A stretch of 64,000 nucleotides of DNA from positions 142,287 to 206,286 of the forward strand of contig JAWKTI010000007.1 in NCBI GenBank assembly GCA_041399155.1. The letters are read 5' to 3'. The DNA comes from Zavarzinella sp. (GTDB lineage: Bacteria; Planctomycetota; Planctomycetia; Gemmatales; Gemmataceae). The position numbers and the translations under genes were made by a program. Below the pieces are notes generated by a model, which searched no databases, was not told the origin of the DNA, and saw only the letters and a program-made list of their open reading frames with translations. Positions 9,610 to 18,851 of the stretch are shown here, one piece after another. How positions within the stretch are numbered: the first letter of the stretch is position 1; each line of letters begins with the position of its first letter.

Positions 9610-10356
9610 TTATTTTCTTTCGGGGGCACGCATCACAAAAAATGCATAGCCAAAGTAATCCGAATATTGCCGAAAAATTGCGATCTCTTGTGTTGCTTCA
9701 TCCAGAACCGCCATTGCTTCGGGTATTCCCTTCCATTCCAATGATTTTTCAGCGATTCGTTGTTCCATTGGAGTATAGTAATTCTCAGTCCAGGCGCTGA
9801 CTGGCAATAGAAATGACCCCACAGGCTGATAACCTAATCGTTCAATGACCGTCAGCTTGTTAGCTACGGTATCAATCTCCGGGTATTGCTGCCAATATTC
9901 CCGAAGTGGTGCCGGTGGGTTATTCTTCAGCCAGACAACTTCACTGACAGCAACATATCCACCAGGTCGGACAATATTGAAGATTTTCCTTAAACCGTTT
10001 TCAAACCCCATGTTGTAAATGGCAGCTTCAGACCAGACAACATCAAAGGTCCCTGGTGGGAAATCAATCAGGTTCATGTCCTTGTCAAGCACTGTCAACC
10101 GACTGTCAACCCCCGCTTCGATCGCAAGAGTTTTTGTCCTTTCAATCATTTCGGGAAGAAAATCCAGTGCTACGACGGTCCCGCCAGATAGGCGTAACAA
10201 GTCAACTGTTTGCACCCCTGGCCCACAACCAATGTCCAGAATATGTGGTGCGGTGGGTAATTCTGTCATCATGGCATAGGCACGTTGGGTGCATTCCGAA
10301 GACCCAGGTCCAGCACGCCGTAACGTGCCAAAAATTTCGAGAAAGTAATCCATCAT
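9610..10356 (-). CDS. Class I SAM-dependent methyltransferase
   Basis: ILDIGCGPGVQTVDLLRLSGGTVVALDFLPEMIE (motif I), FDVVWSEAAIYNMG and VRPGGYVAVSE. Confidence 0.85.
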   Translation of the reverse strand: MMDYFLEIFGTLRRAGPGSSECTQRAYAMMTELPTAPHILDIGCGPGVQTVDLLRLSGGTVVALDFLPEMIERTKTLAIEAGVDSRLTVLDKDMNLIDFPPGTFDVVWSEAAIYNMGFENGLRKIFNIVRPGGYVAVSEVVWLKNNPPAPLREYWQQYPEIDTVANKLTVIERLGYQPVGSFLLPVSAWTENYYTPMEQRIAEKSLEWKGIPEAMAVLDEATQEIAIFRQYSDYFGYAFFVMRAPERK

Positions 10357-10398
10357 TGTCCCGGTAAGATGAGAGAAAATGAGGAAATTTGGTCCTCA

Positions 10399-11556
10399 TT
10401 AATCCATTTTTAGCCATTGCTGCATTTTGGCCAGCATTTTCGACCAGTCCCCACCAAAGCGGACAATACAGAATTGTTCGTACAACAGATCAAATGTTTC
10501 CACCAGGTGGCGTAACTGGTCGGAACGTGCGGCAACGCGGGCCAATTCGGTCTCCGGATCGTCTTCCGGTGGAGGAATCTTGGCCGCACTGATGACGTAC
10601 GGTTCGGCCAGCAGGCTGATTTCGTACGGAATCTGGTGCCTGACGATCGTAATACCGGCTTTGCGTGGTAGTTTCCCACCTTGCAGCCCACGCAGAGCCT
10701 CTGGCAGGATGGTGGGGGCTTCGTGCGTAAACGTTTCGCTGCCTGTCATCCCACGTGGGCATTCCAGGGTCAGCGAACGAGTCATCATCACCGTAATTTC
10801 GCTGCCATCGCTGCCTTTGAAGGTCTCCTCATCATCGTGGCACATAAACCACAGCCAGATCAGAAATTCGTTTCCGGCAAAGTCGCGGTTCGCCTCATCT
10901 GCGATCCAACTGACCTCTTTGGGTGCGACACTGGGCACAAATGGCGACAAGGAGGCATCATCCACCGCGCGAGTTTGCTGATAGGCTTCCGCAATCTGGT
11001 ACGCACGCCGACCACTGGAAACCAGCTCCAGGTGGTAGCCAAAGGTATTTTTGAACAGCACCCCCAGCCGATCGATTGCGGTGCTGGACGATGTGCCGAA
11101 CCACAATTCGTTACTCTGGCGTTCCCACACGCACTCAATCGCTTTGCGTTTGGTAAATCGCCCATCTTTGGCTTCCTGTTCCAGTCGGTCGCGGGCAGAT
11201 TCGCGGGCCTCTTTCTTCTGGCGTGTGGAGGCAAAACCACTCGGATTGCTCTTGATCAGTGCGGCAAGATCGATTTCGTAATAGGCTCGCAGCAAATCCC
11301 CAGGCAGTTTGGTGGTATCCATCCGCATGCTGAAAAACAGCATGTCATTAATGATATTTTTCTCATATTCAAACTGTGTATCCAGAATATGCCCCGCAGC
11401 ACACCAGCCGGTATCGACGCCATCGGCGGAAAGCAGACGCTGCCTGCCAATACTGTTTTCTGCCAGCATCGCGAGGTGCGATTCTTCGAAAAGTTCAGGC
11501 GGCTGACCAAGTACCGTAAATCGCGTAATGGTTGCCCTGCCGGAGAAAAATCCCAT
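10399..11556 (-). CDS. RdgC-like recombination-associated protein
   Basis: The N-terminal ATITRFTV...GW...LFFSMRMDTTKLPGDLL and the following charged linker resemble the RdgC family layout. Assignment is by recollection of the family pattern only. Confidence 0.5.
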   Translation of the reverse strand: MGFFSGRATITRFTVLGQPPELFEESHLAMLAENSIGRQRLLSADGVDTGWCAAGHILDTQFEYEKNIINDMLFFSMRMDTTKLPGDLLRAYYEIDLAALIKSNPSGFASTRQKKEARESARDRLEQEAKDGRFTKRKAIECVWERQSNELWFGTSSSTAIDRLGVLFKNTFGYHLELVSSGRRAYQIAEAYQQTRAVDDASLSPFVPSVAPKEVSWIADEANRDFAGNEFLIWLWFMCHDDEETFKGSDGSEITVMMTRSLTLECPRGMTGSETFTHEAPTILPEALRGLQGGKLPRKAGITIVRHQIPYEISLLAEPYVISAAKIPPPEDDPETELARVAARSDQLRHLVETFDLLYEQFCIVRFGGDWSKMLAKMQQWLKMD

Positions 11557-11921
11557 GCAAATCCTTCATAACACGGCGGTCCAGCCCAATCCAACTGCAC
11601 CCGCCCAAGTTTCGAATGGGTAATTCTATATGTTCTGGGGCACTTTTTGCCCGACTGGTGCCGGAGAAATTACCCGCACCTGAAAGTATGGTGAATACCC
11701 CGTGGGAATGACGAACGATTGATCAGTTCAGGCATTTGGAATGACCAGTTACCCACTCCAATTCTTGACTTCTTGGCATCCTGGCGGCTTGGCGGTCAAT
11801 TTTGCATCCCAAGGGACATGAAACCACCCTTCCAGGTGCTGCGGGCGATGAAGGCGAAAGAAAAACAAACCGGCTAACAATGCAGGAGTTTCGAATTGCC
11901 AATCCTATCGGTCTGCTCTGG

Positions 11922-11965
11922 ATTCCCGCCTTCGCGGGAATGACGGTTGGTTATGAACAACCGTC
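11922..11965. repeat. Two adjacent perfect hairpins (REP-like)
   Basis: ATTCCCGC-CTTC-GCGGGAAT (11922-11941) is immediately followed by GACGGTTG-GTTATGAA-CAACCGTC (11942-11965). They lie in the 550-bp gap downstream of the gene ending at 12106. Confidence 0.4.
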
Positions 11966-12105
11966 TGACGGCAAACTACGGCCAATGCCATCGGCTCACA
12001 AGCAAGCGGACAAGATGTCGGCGGTCCCAGAGAAAACTAACCACATGTGGGCGATTGGCATTCAGCTCGATTTCTCATCCAGCTTTTCTCGCACGGAAAT
12101 CGCCC

Positions 12106-13293
12106 TTAAAACTCCGTGGTGACGCGTTTTTTCGCATGTTCCAGTGGCAGGCCAGTACAGTCGGTAATCGTCTGCATGATTTCCTGGGCTTTCGCCTGTT
12201 TTGGACCTCGGTAAACATACGTTTCGCTGGCACCGTGGCCTTTCGTCAGACTGACTGCGAAGCGTTCTGGAAAAATCACCAGAAAATACCACAGTGCGGC
12301 ACTGCCCAGCGTGAATACCAGCCAGATCAGTTTTCCCCAGCCCGCCAACGCAAACGCGGTGGGTGCGGCAGAGAGAAAAATGAGAAAAATTAACCAATCC
12401 GTGATCCCTGTGGTGCTGTAGGGCCCAATCGCAACCGATTCGTGGTCCTGCCAGCGAATCCGGTTTTCCCACACCGGGTACAGGCAGATGAAAAAGTAGC
12501 TGGTAATCCGACTGCGACCACGGGAATCTCGCCTGACCTGCAACGCAGGATAGGAACCGAGCAAAAATGCCTGCAGGAAAATCGTAAACAGCAGTGTGCC
12601 ATATTCGACAGGGTCAAGCGACAGCACCAGATAGCGGGCACCGTAGAAGAACAGATCGATCCCCACGGCAATGCCAAACCAGCGCCAACGCCACTTGCGA
12701 GACATCCCCGTATCCCAATAGCGATTCACCACCGGGAAGGTGCGTTTGATTACTTCGCCTGTTTCGTGGTTGTACCCACAGTGGGTGCAGAGCAGGTCAG
12801 TGTCCGGAATCCGCTTCCCACAATTCCTGCACGGAATCGAATTTTCGACAATTTCTTCCACGATGTAGGGGTTGGCGTTTTCTTCATCGTCCTCTTCTTC
12901 AAACACCGGACGTGGGGGCGGCTTCGTTTCTTTTGCTGCCAGATCCTCTGTCACCGCCCAGGTGCTGCCGCGATTGCGTTGCCGCACCGGTCGTTCTTCT
13001 GTGGGTGGGGCTTCTTTGGGTGGAGGTGCCGCTTTCTTCGGCACACGTGGTGGCTGCTTTTCTGCTACTGGCTTGGGTGCGGGCTCGTCTTCGAGACTGT
13101 CCCAATCGATTTCCTGCGTTCTGGATGCAGTTTTTCTGGCAATCTGCGGGGGCTGGGGCGTCTGCGGGGCTTCACTGGCTGTCTGACCGATGATATTGCC
13201 GCACCACATGCATTCGAGGTCGGATTTGGGTATGCCTTCCGGTGGGATCCCCAGCACCGTTTGACAACTGGGACAGGAAATCGACTGTGCCAT
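12106..13293 (-). CDS. Membrane protein with two zinc-ribbon motifs and a Pro/Glu-rich linker
   Basis: MAQSISCPSCQ...CMWCG and CRNCGKRIPDTDLLCTHCG (CxxC pairs), followed by 4-5 hydrophobic helices. The ATG at 13291-13293 was chosen over the upstream listed start. Confidence 0.55.
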   Translation of the reverse strand: MAQSISCPSCQTVLGIPPEGIPKSDLECMWCGNIIGQTASEAPQTPQPPQIARKTASRTQEIDWDSLEDEPAPKPVAEKQPPRVPKKAAPPPKEAPPTEERPVRQRNRGSTWAVTEDLAAKETKPPPRPVFEEEDDEENANPYIVEEIVENSIPCRNCGKRIPDTDLLCTHCGYNHETGEVIKRTFPVVNRYWDTGMSRKWRWRWFGIAVGIDLFFYGARYLVLSLDPVEYGTLLFTIFLQAFLLGSYPALQVRRDSRGRSRITSYFFICLYPVWENRIRWQDHESVAIGPYSTTGITDWLIFLIFLSAAPTAFALAGWGKLIWLVFTLGSAALWYFLVIFPERFAVSLTKGHGASETYVYRGPKQAKAQEIMQTITDCTGLPLEHAKKRVTTEF

Positions 13294-13327
13294 GGCTTCC
13301 GTGGTGGTGAAAGAAGAACGCTTTATC

Positions 13328-13816
13328 TTAACGTGTTGGTGGGCGATATAAAAGCCAGCCACCAAACAATAGTGCGATTGCCCACTGTGCGGTGCTGACG
13401 CACAGATAGCCTGCGTGCCACGGGCGAAACTGTTTCCGCGATATCATTTTTTGGTTTTCCAGATCGATGAACAGGTCCATTTTGATGTGTACCATCACCT
13501 GAGCAATCAGGGTGGCCAGCAAAATTGCCCAGATTGCCGTGGCCCATGCCTTTTTTCTTCTGGAAATGGGCAGCACCGCCAGATAGAGCAGCGCGACAAG
13601 CAACGTCATTCCGCCTGACAGGTTCAAATAGTGCGTAACCTGTTGTGTAATCAGACCTTGCTGAAAATCTGATCCCGTGATTTCGGCTCCGATGGGCACC
13701 ACGATCAGGCCGTAAAACATGAAGCCACCTTGCCAGAAGATCAGCAGAAAAAACAGCACTCCCCGCACCACGTGGGGTGTAGGAAAAGTGCGTTGATCGT
13801 TCTGTGCTTTTTCCAT
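13328..13816 (-). CDS. Small integral membrane protein (4 predicted TM helices)
   Basis: Hydrophobic segments VVRGVLFFLLIFWQGGFMFYGLIVVPIG, LSGGMTLLVALLYLAVL, AIWAILLATLIAQVMV and WAIALLFGGWLLY. It sits 34 nt upstream of the next gene on the same strand. Confidence 0.5.
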   Translation of the reverse strand: MEKAQNDQRTFPTPHVVRGVLFFLLIFWQGGFMFYGLIVVPIGAEITGSDFQQGLITQQVTHYLNLSGGMTLLVALLYLAVLPISRRKKAWATAIWAILLATLIAQVMVHIKMDLFIDLENQKMISRKQFRPWHAGYLCVSTAQWAIALLFGGWLLYRPPTR

Positions 13817-14161
13817 AACAATCTATTTATATAATCAAGTGAATATAAAAACAGAAAAGCGTTCGTATATTGAACCTCATGCGGGTCTGGGGGCTCTAAT
13901 TATTACCTACTTCGTGTGGTGTGAACGCCAGTGCCGACCCACCAATATTTGGTGTGAAATCTCTGAACAGCCCACCACATGAAGTACTTATGTTCTACTA
14001 TCTGGTGCTTTTTCGCACAAAACGTATTTACCACCAGAACATCATCATTCGTGCGACCATTTTGCGTGGGTACAGATTACCTGTTTTTACAATATTTCAT
14101 GATTTTGCCACTTCTTACCGATGATTAGCGGAAGTACTGCCACTTTTTCGGAACTTTAGGC

Positions 14162-15463
14162 ATGATGCGTTTAGCCATTACTTTCCTTTTCCTTGCAGCC
14201 ACCGTTGGTGCGACGGAACCTGTTCGTTTTCAACGCAATCCTGCTGGCAAAGAAGTTCATGTTGAAATTTCCACCAAACTGCAGGGTTATTTTCAGATCA
14301 TTCGTGGTGGTAAACCTGTCAAGCTGGCAGTTTCAGCCAACAATCAGCACCGCTTCGAGCAAATCTCATTAAAATTCAATGAGAAACAAGTCCCCACGCA
14401 GGCGGTCCGGTGGTATGAAACTGCAGAATCGAAAGCCACGATCGATGGGGAAAGCAATAGTCGCACGTTATCGGACAAGCGAAGGCAGATTGTGGTCGAC
14501 CGCACGCTGCAACAGTTAATTTGTTACAGTCTGGAAGGCCCACTGACCCAGCAGGATCTGGAAATGGTGGCAGAGCATTATGACACCTTGCCGATTGTTG
14601 GATTATTGCCCGAAAAACCAGTGGCACTGAACGATACCTGGAAAATCGACCCGGGTGTTGTGCAGTCGCTGTGCCTGTTTGATGCCCTGACCGAACAGGA
14701 TTTGCAGGCAACCTTCAAAAGCCAGACGGACACCACCGCAACGATTGCAGTATCCGGCACCGCCAAGGGGATAGAACGCGGTGCGTTAGCCACCTTAACA
14801 ATCACAGCTGCAGTAACTTACGACAAATCGACAGAGCAAATTTCGGCCATCCAGTGGCAGCAACGTGATGTACGCCAGGCGGGGCCGATGACACCCGCAG
14901 CCAATCTGGAAAGCGAAACGAATGTGGTCGTGAAACCACAGGCAGCCACGCACGTGCCAGCAGGGATTGCCAGCAAGATTCCTGCCGTGGACCGATTGCC
15001 TCAGGCAATGGCGTCCTTATTCGTGCGGGAACCTGCCCAGCGTTACGAATTGATGCACCACCGCGAATGGCAAATGATTGCCGCCAACCAATACACCATG
15101 ATCATGCGGCTGATGCAGCGTGGGGATTTCATTGCCCAACTGAGCATTACTTATTGGAAGAAGCTGGAGGCGGGCAAAAATCTGGGAGCTGACCAGTTTG
15201 TGAAGGAAATCTCATCTTTGCCCGGCTGGGAGATGCTGTCAATCACCGAACGAGGGGAAATTCCGAACGAAGAGAAACGCTGGACATACCGCGTTGTGGC
15301 CACAGGCAAGTTGAATGGTCAGCCGGTGACGCAACATTTTTATTGTGTTGCCGCACCAAATGGGCAGCACGTGCTGTTGACCTTCACAGGCACCGCAGAC
15401 AACATGGTGCGTCTCAGCACCCGCGACCTGGAAATAGTGAACTCACTTGTGATTAATAAATGA
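14162..15463 (+). CDS. Secreted hypothetical protein
   Basis: Signal peptide MMRLAITFLFLAATVGA, then a 433-aa ORF with protein-like composition and no recognised domain. Confidence 0.55.
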   Translation: MMRLAITFLFLAATVGATEPVRFQRNPAGKEVHVEISTKLQGYFQIIRGGKPVKLAVSANNQHRFEQISLKFNEKQVPTQAVRWYETAESKATIDGESNSRTLSDKRRQIVVDRTLQQLICYSLEGPLTQQDLEMVAEHYDTLPIVGLLPEKPVALNDTWKIDPGVVQSLCLFDALTEQDLQATFKSQTDTTATIAVSGTAKGIERGALATLTITAAVTYDKSTEQISAIQWQQRDVRQAGPMTPAANLESETNVVVKPQAATHVPAGIASKIPAVDRLPQAMASLFVREPAQRYELMHHREWQMIAANQYTMIMRLMQRGDFIAQLSITYWKKLEAGKNLGADQFVKEISSLPGWEMLSITERGEIPNEEKRWTYRVVATGKLNGQPVTQHFYCVAAPNGQHVLLTFTGTADNMVRLSTRDLEIVNSLVINK

Positions 15464-15504
15464 GTAAATGGTGAGAGAGAAAGTCGGGTGCCACTGGGGG
15501 AAAA

Positions 15505-17040
15505 TTACTTCACTAATTCTGGATCACTCAGCTTCCACGTTTTGTCGTAGAAAGGCTTTAGAGGACCGTACAGTCGGAAAATAGTGTTCCATCCCTTCCC
15601 AGGTACGGTCTGGACCCAGTTATTTTCAAAACCTTTCGGTGGCTCCGGCGCAAAGTAAATGTCGTAGGAACCATCCCGATTTTGCTTCATGTTCTTCTGG
15701 CTGAGATTGTCGATGCCTGGGAAACGTTGATCGGTTTGCAGCATTGATCGCGTCTGATTATCATAAAGCGTAAACGACCAGAAGTCCTTTGCAGGTACGT
15801 TCGGAGGCAAATGGATCTTGTACGTTTTGCTGCCATCCAGTGCATTGCCATCCTTATCTAGATAGGCAATCAGATATTGTGAACCCTTGCCGACATTCCT
15901 GGCTGCCATGGCCGGTGTAATCCCTGTTGCATAGAAGTGCATGTATACGCGACCATCGTAAAGTCGCCTGCCTTCGAGAATGAAATCGTAGCGGTTGGCA
16001 AAAAACGGGTTCGTCCACTTCAATTCGCCAGGATACACATATGCAAGATCATCCTTCGGGCGGGCTGTGAGAGCCCGAGCGGTCACAGCACCGATCTTGG
16101 CCACATCCTCCAGGATTTTCTTCTGCTCTGGAGTAGGATCGAACTTCTTGCCCTTCTCGATCCCTACCTCGGCAAGCAAACCACGGATGTCCGGGTCAAG
16201 ACCCATGAGCGTTTCGTCCTGGATCTGAGCATTCAGCTCTTCCCAGTAACCATAGTCCATCCGGTGGATGGTGTTGTTGGACTTACCAGAGACATTAATA
16301 AATGTCAGCTTCGGCTGGTTATTCTTTTGGGAAAGCGGGTAGGCTTTGAAGAGCTTCTGTGTCGCCTCCACCGCGGGCTTGGTCGAGCCTTCCACTGGGA
16401 AGCCCCTCCAAACAACCCAGTTGCCGGTCGTCGGTGTTCGAGCGATGTGATAGCCATCTGGGAGCTCTCCTTTGTAGTCCTCGCGGACAAGTAAGAATTT
16501 ACCGCCCTGACCATTGTCCGGGCCCGCGTTGCCGAAATCAGCCACGTACTGGAACCAGGCATCGTCGATGATTCCTAGGACGTTCGGCGGCGTTTCGAGC
16601 ACCATCGGCTCATCGCCCAGTTCCACCCAAATTGCCTGGTAGATCGATACCGTATTGGGGGTCAGCCAGCGTGCTTTGGAATCCATCTGATCGGCGAACT
16701 GGATCACCGTGGTGTTCGGCGGACCGAACTCACGAATGCCCTGTTCCATAGCGTACATTGATGCGATCTGAATAGAGTTCAGATAAGCACTCAACGCCCG
16801 CTGCCGAAACAAGTTTTCATAGACCAGTTGGGTGGTTTTGACATCGGGCACACCGTCAAATCCTGTCAAAGTGCCAATCGAAGTTTCCAGCTTGTCCGGT
16901 GTGGCGATTCCTGGCGGTACTGGTGTGGTCATCTTCATCTTGGGTGGTTGCATTATTTGCTGCTGTTGTATAGCAGCAAGCCAGCCAATCGATGCAGTAG
17001 TGACGAGTAAAGTCACAATCAGAATACGGGTGTACTTCAT
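15505..17040 (-). CDS. DUF1254/DUF1214 domain-containing secreted protein
   Basis: N-terminal signal, then family-typical segments DAWFQYVADFGNAGPDNGQGGKFLLV and DFWSFTLYDNQTRSMLQTDQ...NWVQTVPGKGWNTIFRLYGP. Confidence 0.72.
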   Translation of the reverse strand: MKYTRILIVTLLVTTASIGWLAAIQQQQIMQPPKMKMTTPVPPGIATPDKLETSIGTLTGFDGVPDVKTTQLVYENLFRQRALSAYLNSIQIASMYAMEQGIREFGPPNTTVIQFADQMDSKARWLTPNTVSIYQAIWVELGDEPMVLETPPNVLGIIDDAWFQYVADFGNAGPDNGQGGKFLLVREDYKGELPDGYHIARTPTTGNWVVWRGFPVEGSTKPAVEATQKLFKAYPLSQKNNQPKLTFINVSGKSNNTIHRMDYGYWEELNAQIQDETLMGLDPDIRGLLAEVGIEKGKKFDPTPEQKKILEDVAKIGAVTARALTARPKDDLAYVYPGELKWTNPFFANRYDFILEGRRLYDGRVYMHFYATGITPAMAARNVGKGSQYLIAYLDKDGNALDGSKTYKIHLPPNVPAKDFWSFTLYDNQTRSMLQTDQRFPGIDNLSQKNMKQNRDGSYDIYFAPEPPKGFENNWVQTVPGKGWNTIFRLYGPLKPFYDKTWKLSDPELVK

Positions 17041-17247
17041 GGAAAATATCCTTGGTCAGGGTACAATTTGATATCGGTTAATTGGTCAGCGATATCATGG
17101 ATCAACGAATGGGGCATTGACGATGATTGTTCTTTATGAGCGGTTTTTATTTCTCTTTCTTCGTAGGCACTTTCATCATGGGAAGGTGCCTCGAATTGCA
17201 TCACCTATTCATCAGGTTTCCTGAACAGCGATTCTATTGAGCTGTCC

Positions 17248-17952
17248 TCATTGCTCCTGAATAGGGTCAGACCCTGTTCGATTCGGGTATAGGGTGGAAC
17301 TCCAGATCCGTATCATCGTTTCGAGGACAGGTCTGGGTTCTGCCTGTGGGCGGCGACCAAAGCTCTGGATGACAAGGGCTGCGTCCATCCGGTTAAGTGC
17401 AACAGCTACTGGATGTGGGTCAAACATTGGTATCAGCCCAGCATCCTGATGTTGTTTAATTCGCGCGGCAACAATGTCATCGAATCCTGAGAGAAAATTA
17501 GACCATGACTTCTCAAGACGTTCGTCGGATGGTGCCGCGTCCGAAACTGCACGCACGATAGGTCCTCGTTCGTAACAAACCTGGACCAGGGCCCCAAGAG
17601 ATACTTTGAGGAGCGGCAAAGGATCGCCTTCACCGTGGAACCATGGTGCAGAAACTTCCAGGATGTCATGCCCTAAGCCACGTAACAATACTTCCATCAA
17701 ATCGTGCAGATCGTTGAAGTATTGGTAAAACGCTGAGCGACTAATTCCGGTCCGCGACGTAATGGAAGCAACAGTCATGTCACGGAAAGGGTGATCCCAG
17801 ACAAATTCCAGTGCAGCCTCAAGAATTGCAGTCCTGGTTTTCTCAGATTTCCTTGGTAATGAAGCCGGTTGAGTAACGGAGGTAGCAAATCGTTTCAGTG
17901 GCAAATTTTCTGACATAACGTTAGTTATTACTGACATTGCGTCAGTTGGCAA
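17248..17952 (-). CDS. TetR/AcrR family transcriptional regulator
   Basis: HTH region TRTAILEAALEFVWDHPFRDMTVASITSRTGISRSAFYQYFNDLHDLM. Confidence 0.85.
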   Translation of the reverse strand: MPTDAMSVITNVMSENLPLKRFATSVTQPASLPRKSEKTRTAILEAALEFVWDHPFRDMTVASITSRTGISRSAFYQYFNDLHDLMEVLLRGLGHDILEVSAPWFHGEGDPLPLLKVSLGALVQVCYERGPIVRAVSDAAPSDERLEKSWSNFLSGFDDIVAARIKQHQDAGLIPMFDPHPVAVALNRMDAALVIQSFGRRPQAEPRPVLETMIRIWSSTLYPNRTGSDPIQEQ

Positions 17953-18084
17953 TGGTAAAAGTTGTTTAGAGGTGCAAATTTCATTGGTTACATGGATCCA
18001 AGGTACGTGCTACCAACAAAGTGTGCTATTGTGTTCGGCAGCCTGGCTGTGCACGTGGAGGATTCAGAAAATGACCCGAGGATC

Positions 18085-18672
18085 ATGCCTGATCGGTTGA
18101 AACTGCCTTTTACTTTTGATACCCACCTGCTATCAGAAGACCTTGATCAACTTGGCCAGCAGTGGACTCAGCATTACAATCGAGAAAACTATTCAGGTAG
18201 CTGGCAGGCAATTCCACTACGGTCCCCTTGTGGTGAAACCGATGCATCCCGCATGATTCAAGCAGACCCCACTCAAAAAATATTTGTCGATACCACCTGC
18301 CTGCAAAACACCCTCTATTTTCAACAAGTTCTTTCCAGTTTCGAAAGCACGATATTTGCAGCACGTTTGATGCGTCTCACTGCAGGATCTGTGATTAAGG
18401 AACATACGGACGATGGCTTGCGTTTCGAAGATGGAGTGGTACGCATTCACATACCAATTCGAACCAACTCTGAAGTGGACTTCTTTCTCAATGGTTCGCG
18501 TGTAGAGATGATGCCAGGAAACTGTTGGTACTTACGACTGTCCGACCCTCATCAAGTCAGAAACCGTGGGAAAACCGATCGCATTCATCTTGTCATCGAT
18601 ATGAAGGTGAACGGATGGCTGACGAAATTGTTTCGGGCGGCAAAAAACAGTCGAAATAGCAACGGCACGTAA
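18085..18672 (+). CDS. Aspartyl/asparaginyl beta-hydroxylase-like (cupin) protein
   Basis: MPDRLKLPFTFD...VIKEHTDDGLRFEDGVVRIHIPIRTN...CWYLRLSDPHQVRNRGKTDRIHLVID matches the 2-His-1-carboxylate cupin pattern of this family. It is divergent from the TetR gene. Confidence 0.68.
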   Translation: MPDRLKLPFTFDTHLLSEDLDQLGQQWTQHYNRENYSGSWQAIPLRSPCGETDASRMIQADPTQKIFVDTTCLQNTLYFQQVLSSFESTIFAARLMRLTAGSVIKEHTDDGLRFEDGVVRIHIPIRTNSEVDFFLNGSRVEMMPGNCWYLRLSDPHQVRNRGKTDRIHLVIDMKVNGWLTKLFRAAKNSRNSNGT

Positions 18673-18800
18673 AAGCCTCTCAGAATGTTTCGGACTTAGG
18701 GTGAGCGGTAAACCAATCAAACGGAAATCGTCAACTCACTGGCAATCAATAAATGAGGAAATGGTGAGCAGTGAAGAGGGCTGGGAATCCCAAGTTCCTT

Positions 18801-18851
18801 GCTTCCTTCAGGCACGAAGTGCCGTCTAGGCCAAGCCCAGTCCGTGAGGGC
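18801..18851. repeat. Left arm of a MITE-like palindromic element split by the IS4 copy
   Basis: GCTTCCTTCAGGCACGAAGTGCCGTCTAGGCCAAGCCCAGTCCGTGAGGGC is about 90 percent reverse-complementary to 20533-20583. It is built from short hairpin modules (GGCAC-GAA-GTGCC; GCCC...GGGC). Confidence 0.7.

Noticed and set aside
10681-11571. 296-aa ORF antisense to the RdgC-like gene
   Set aside because: A shadow ORF with Arg/Gly/His-rich low-information sequence.
11802-12122. 106-aa ORF containing the IPAFAGMT peptide
   Set aside because: The peptide is the translation of a palindromic repeat (ATTCCCGCCTTCGCGGGAAT). There is no RBS and the composition is not coding-like.
12442-13398. 318-aa ORF antisense to the zinc-ribbon membrane gene
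   Set aside because: A shadow ORF. The minus-strand product has CxxC zinc ribbons and TM helices, while this one has none.
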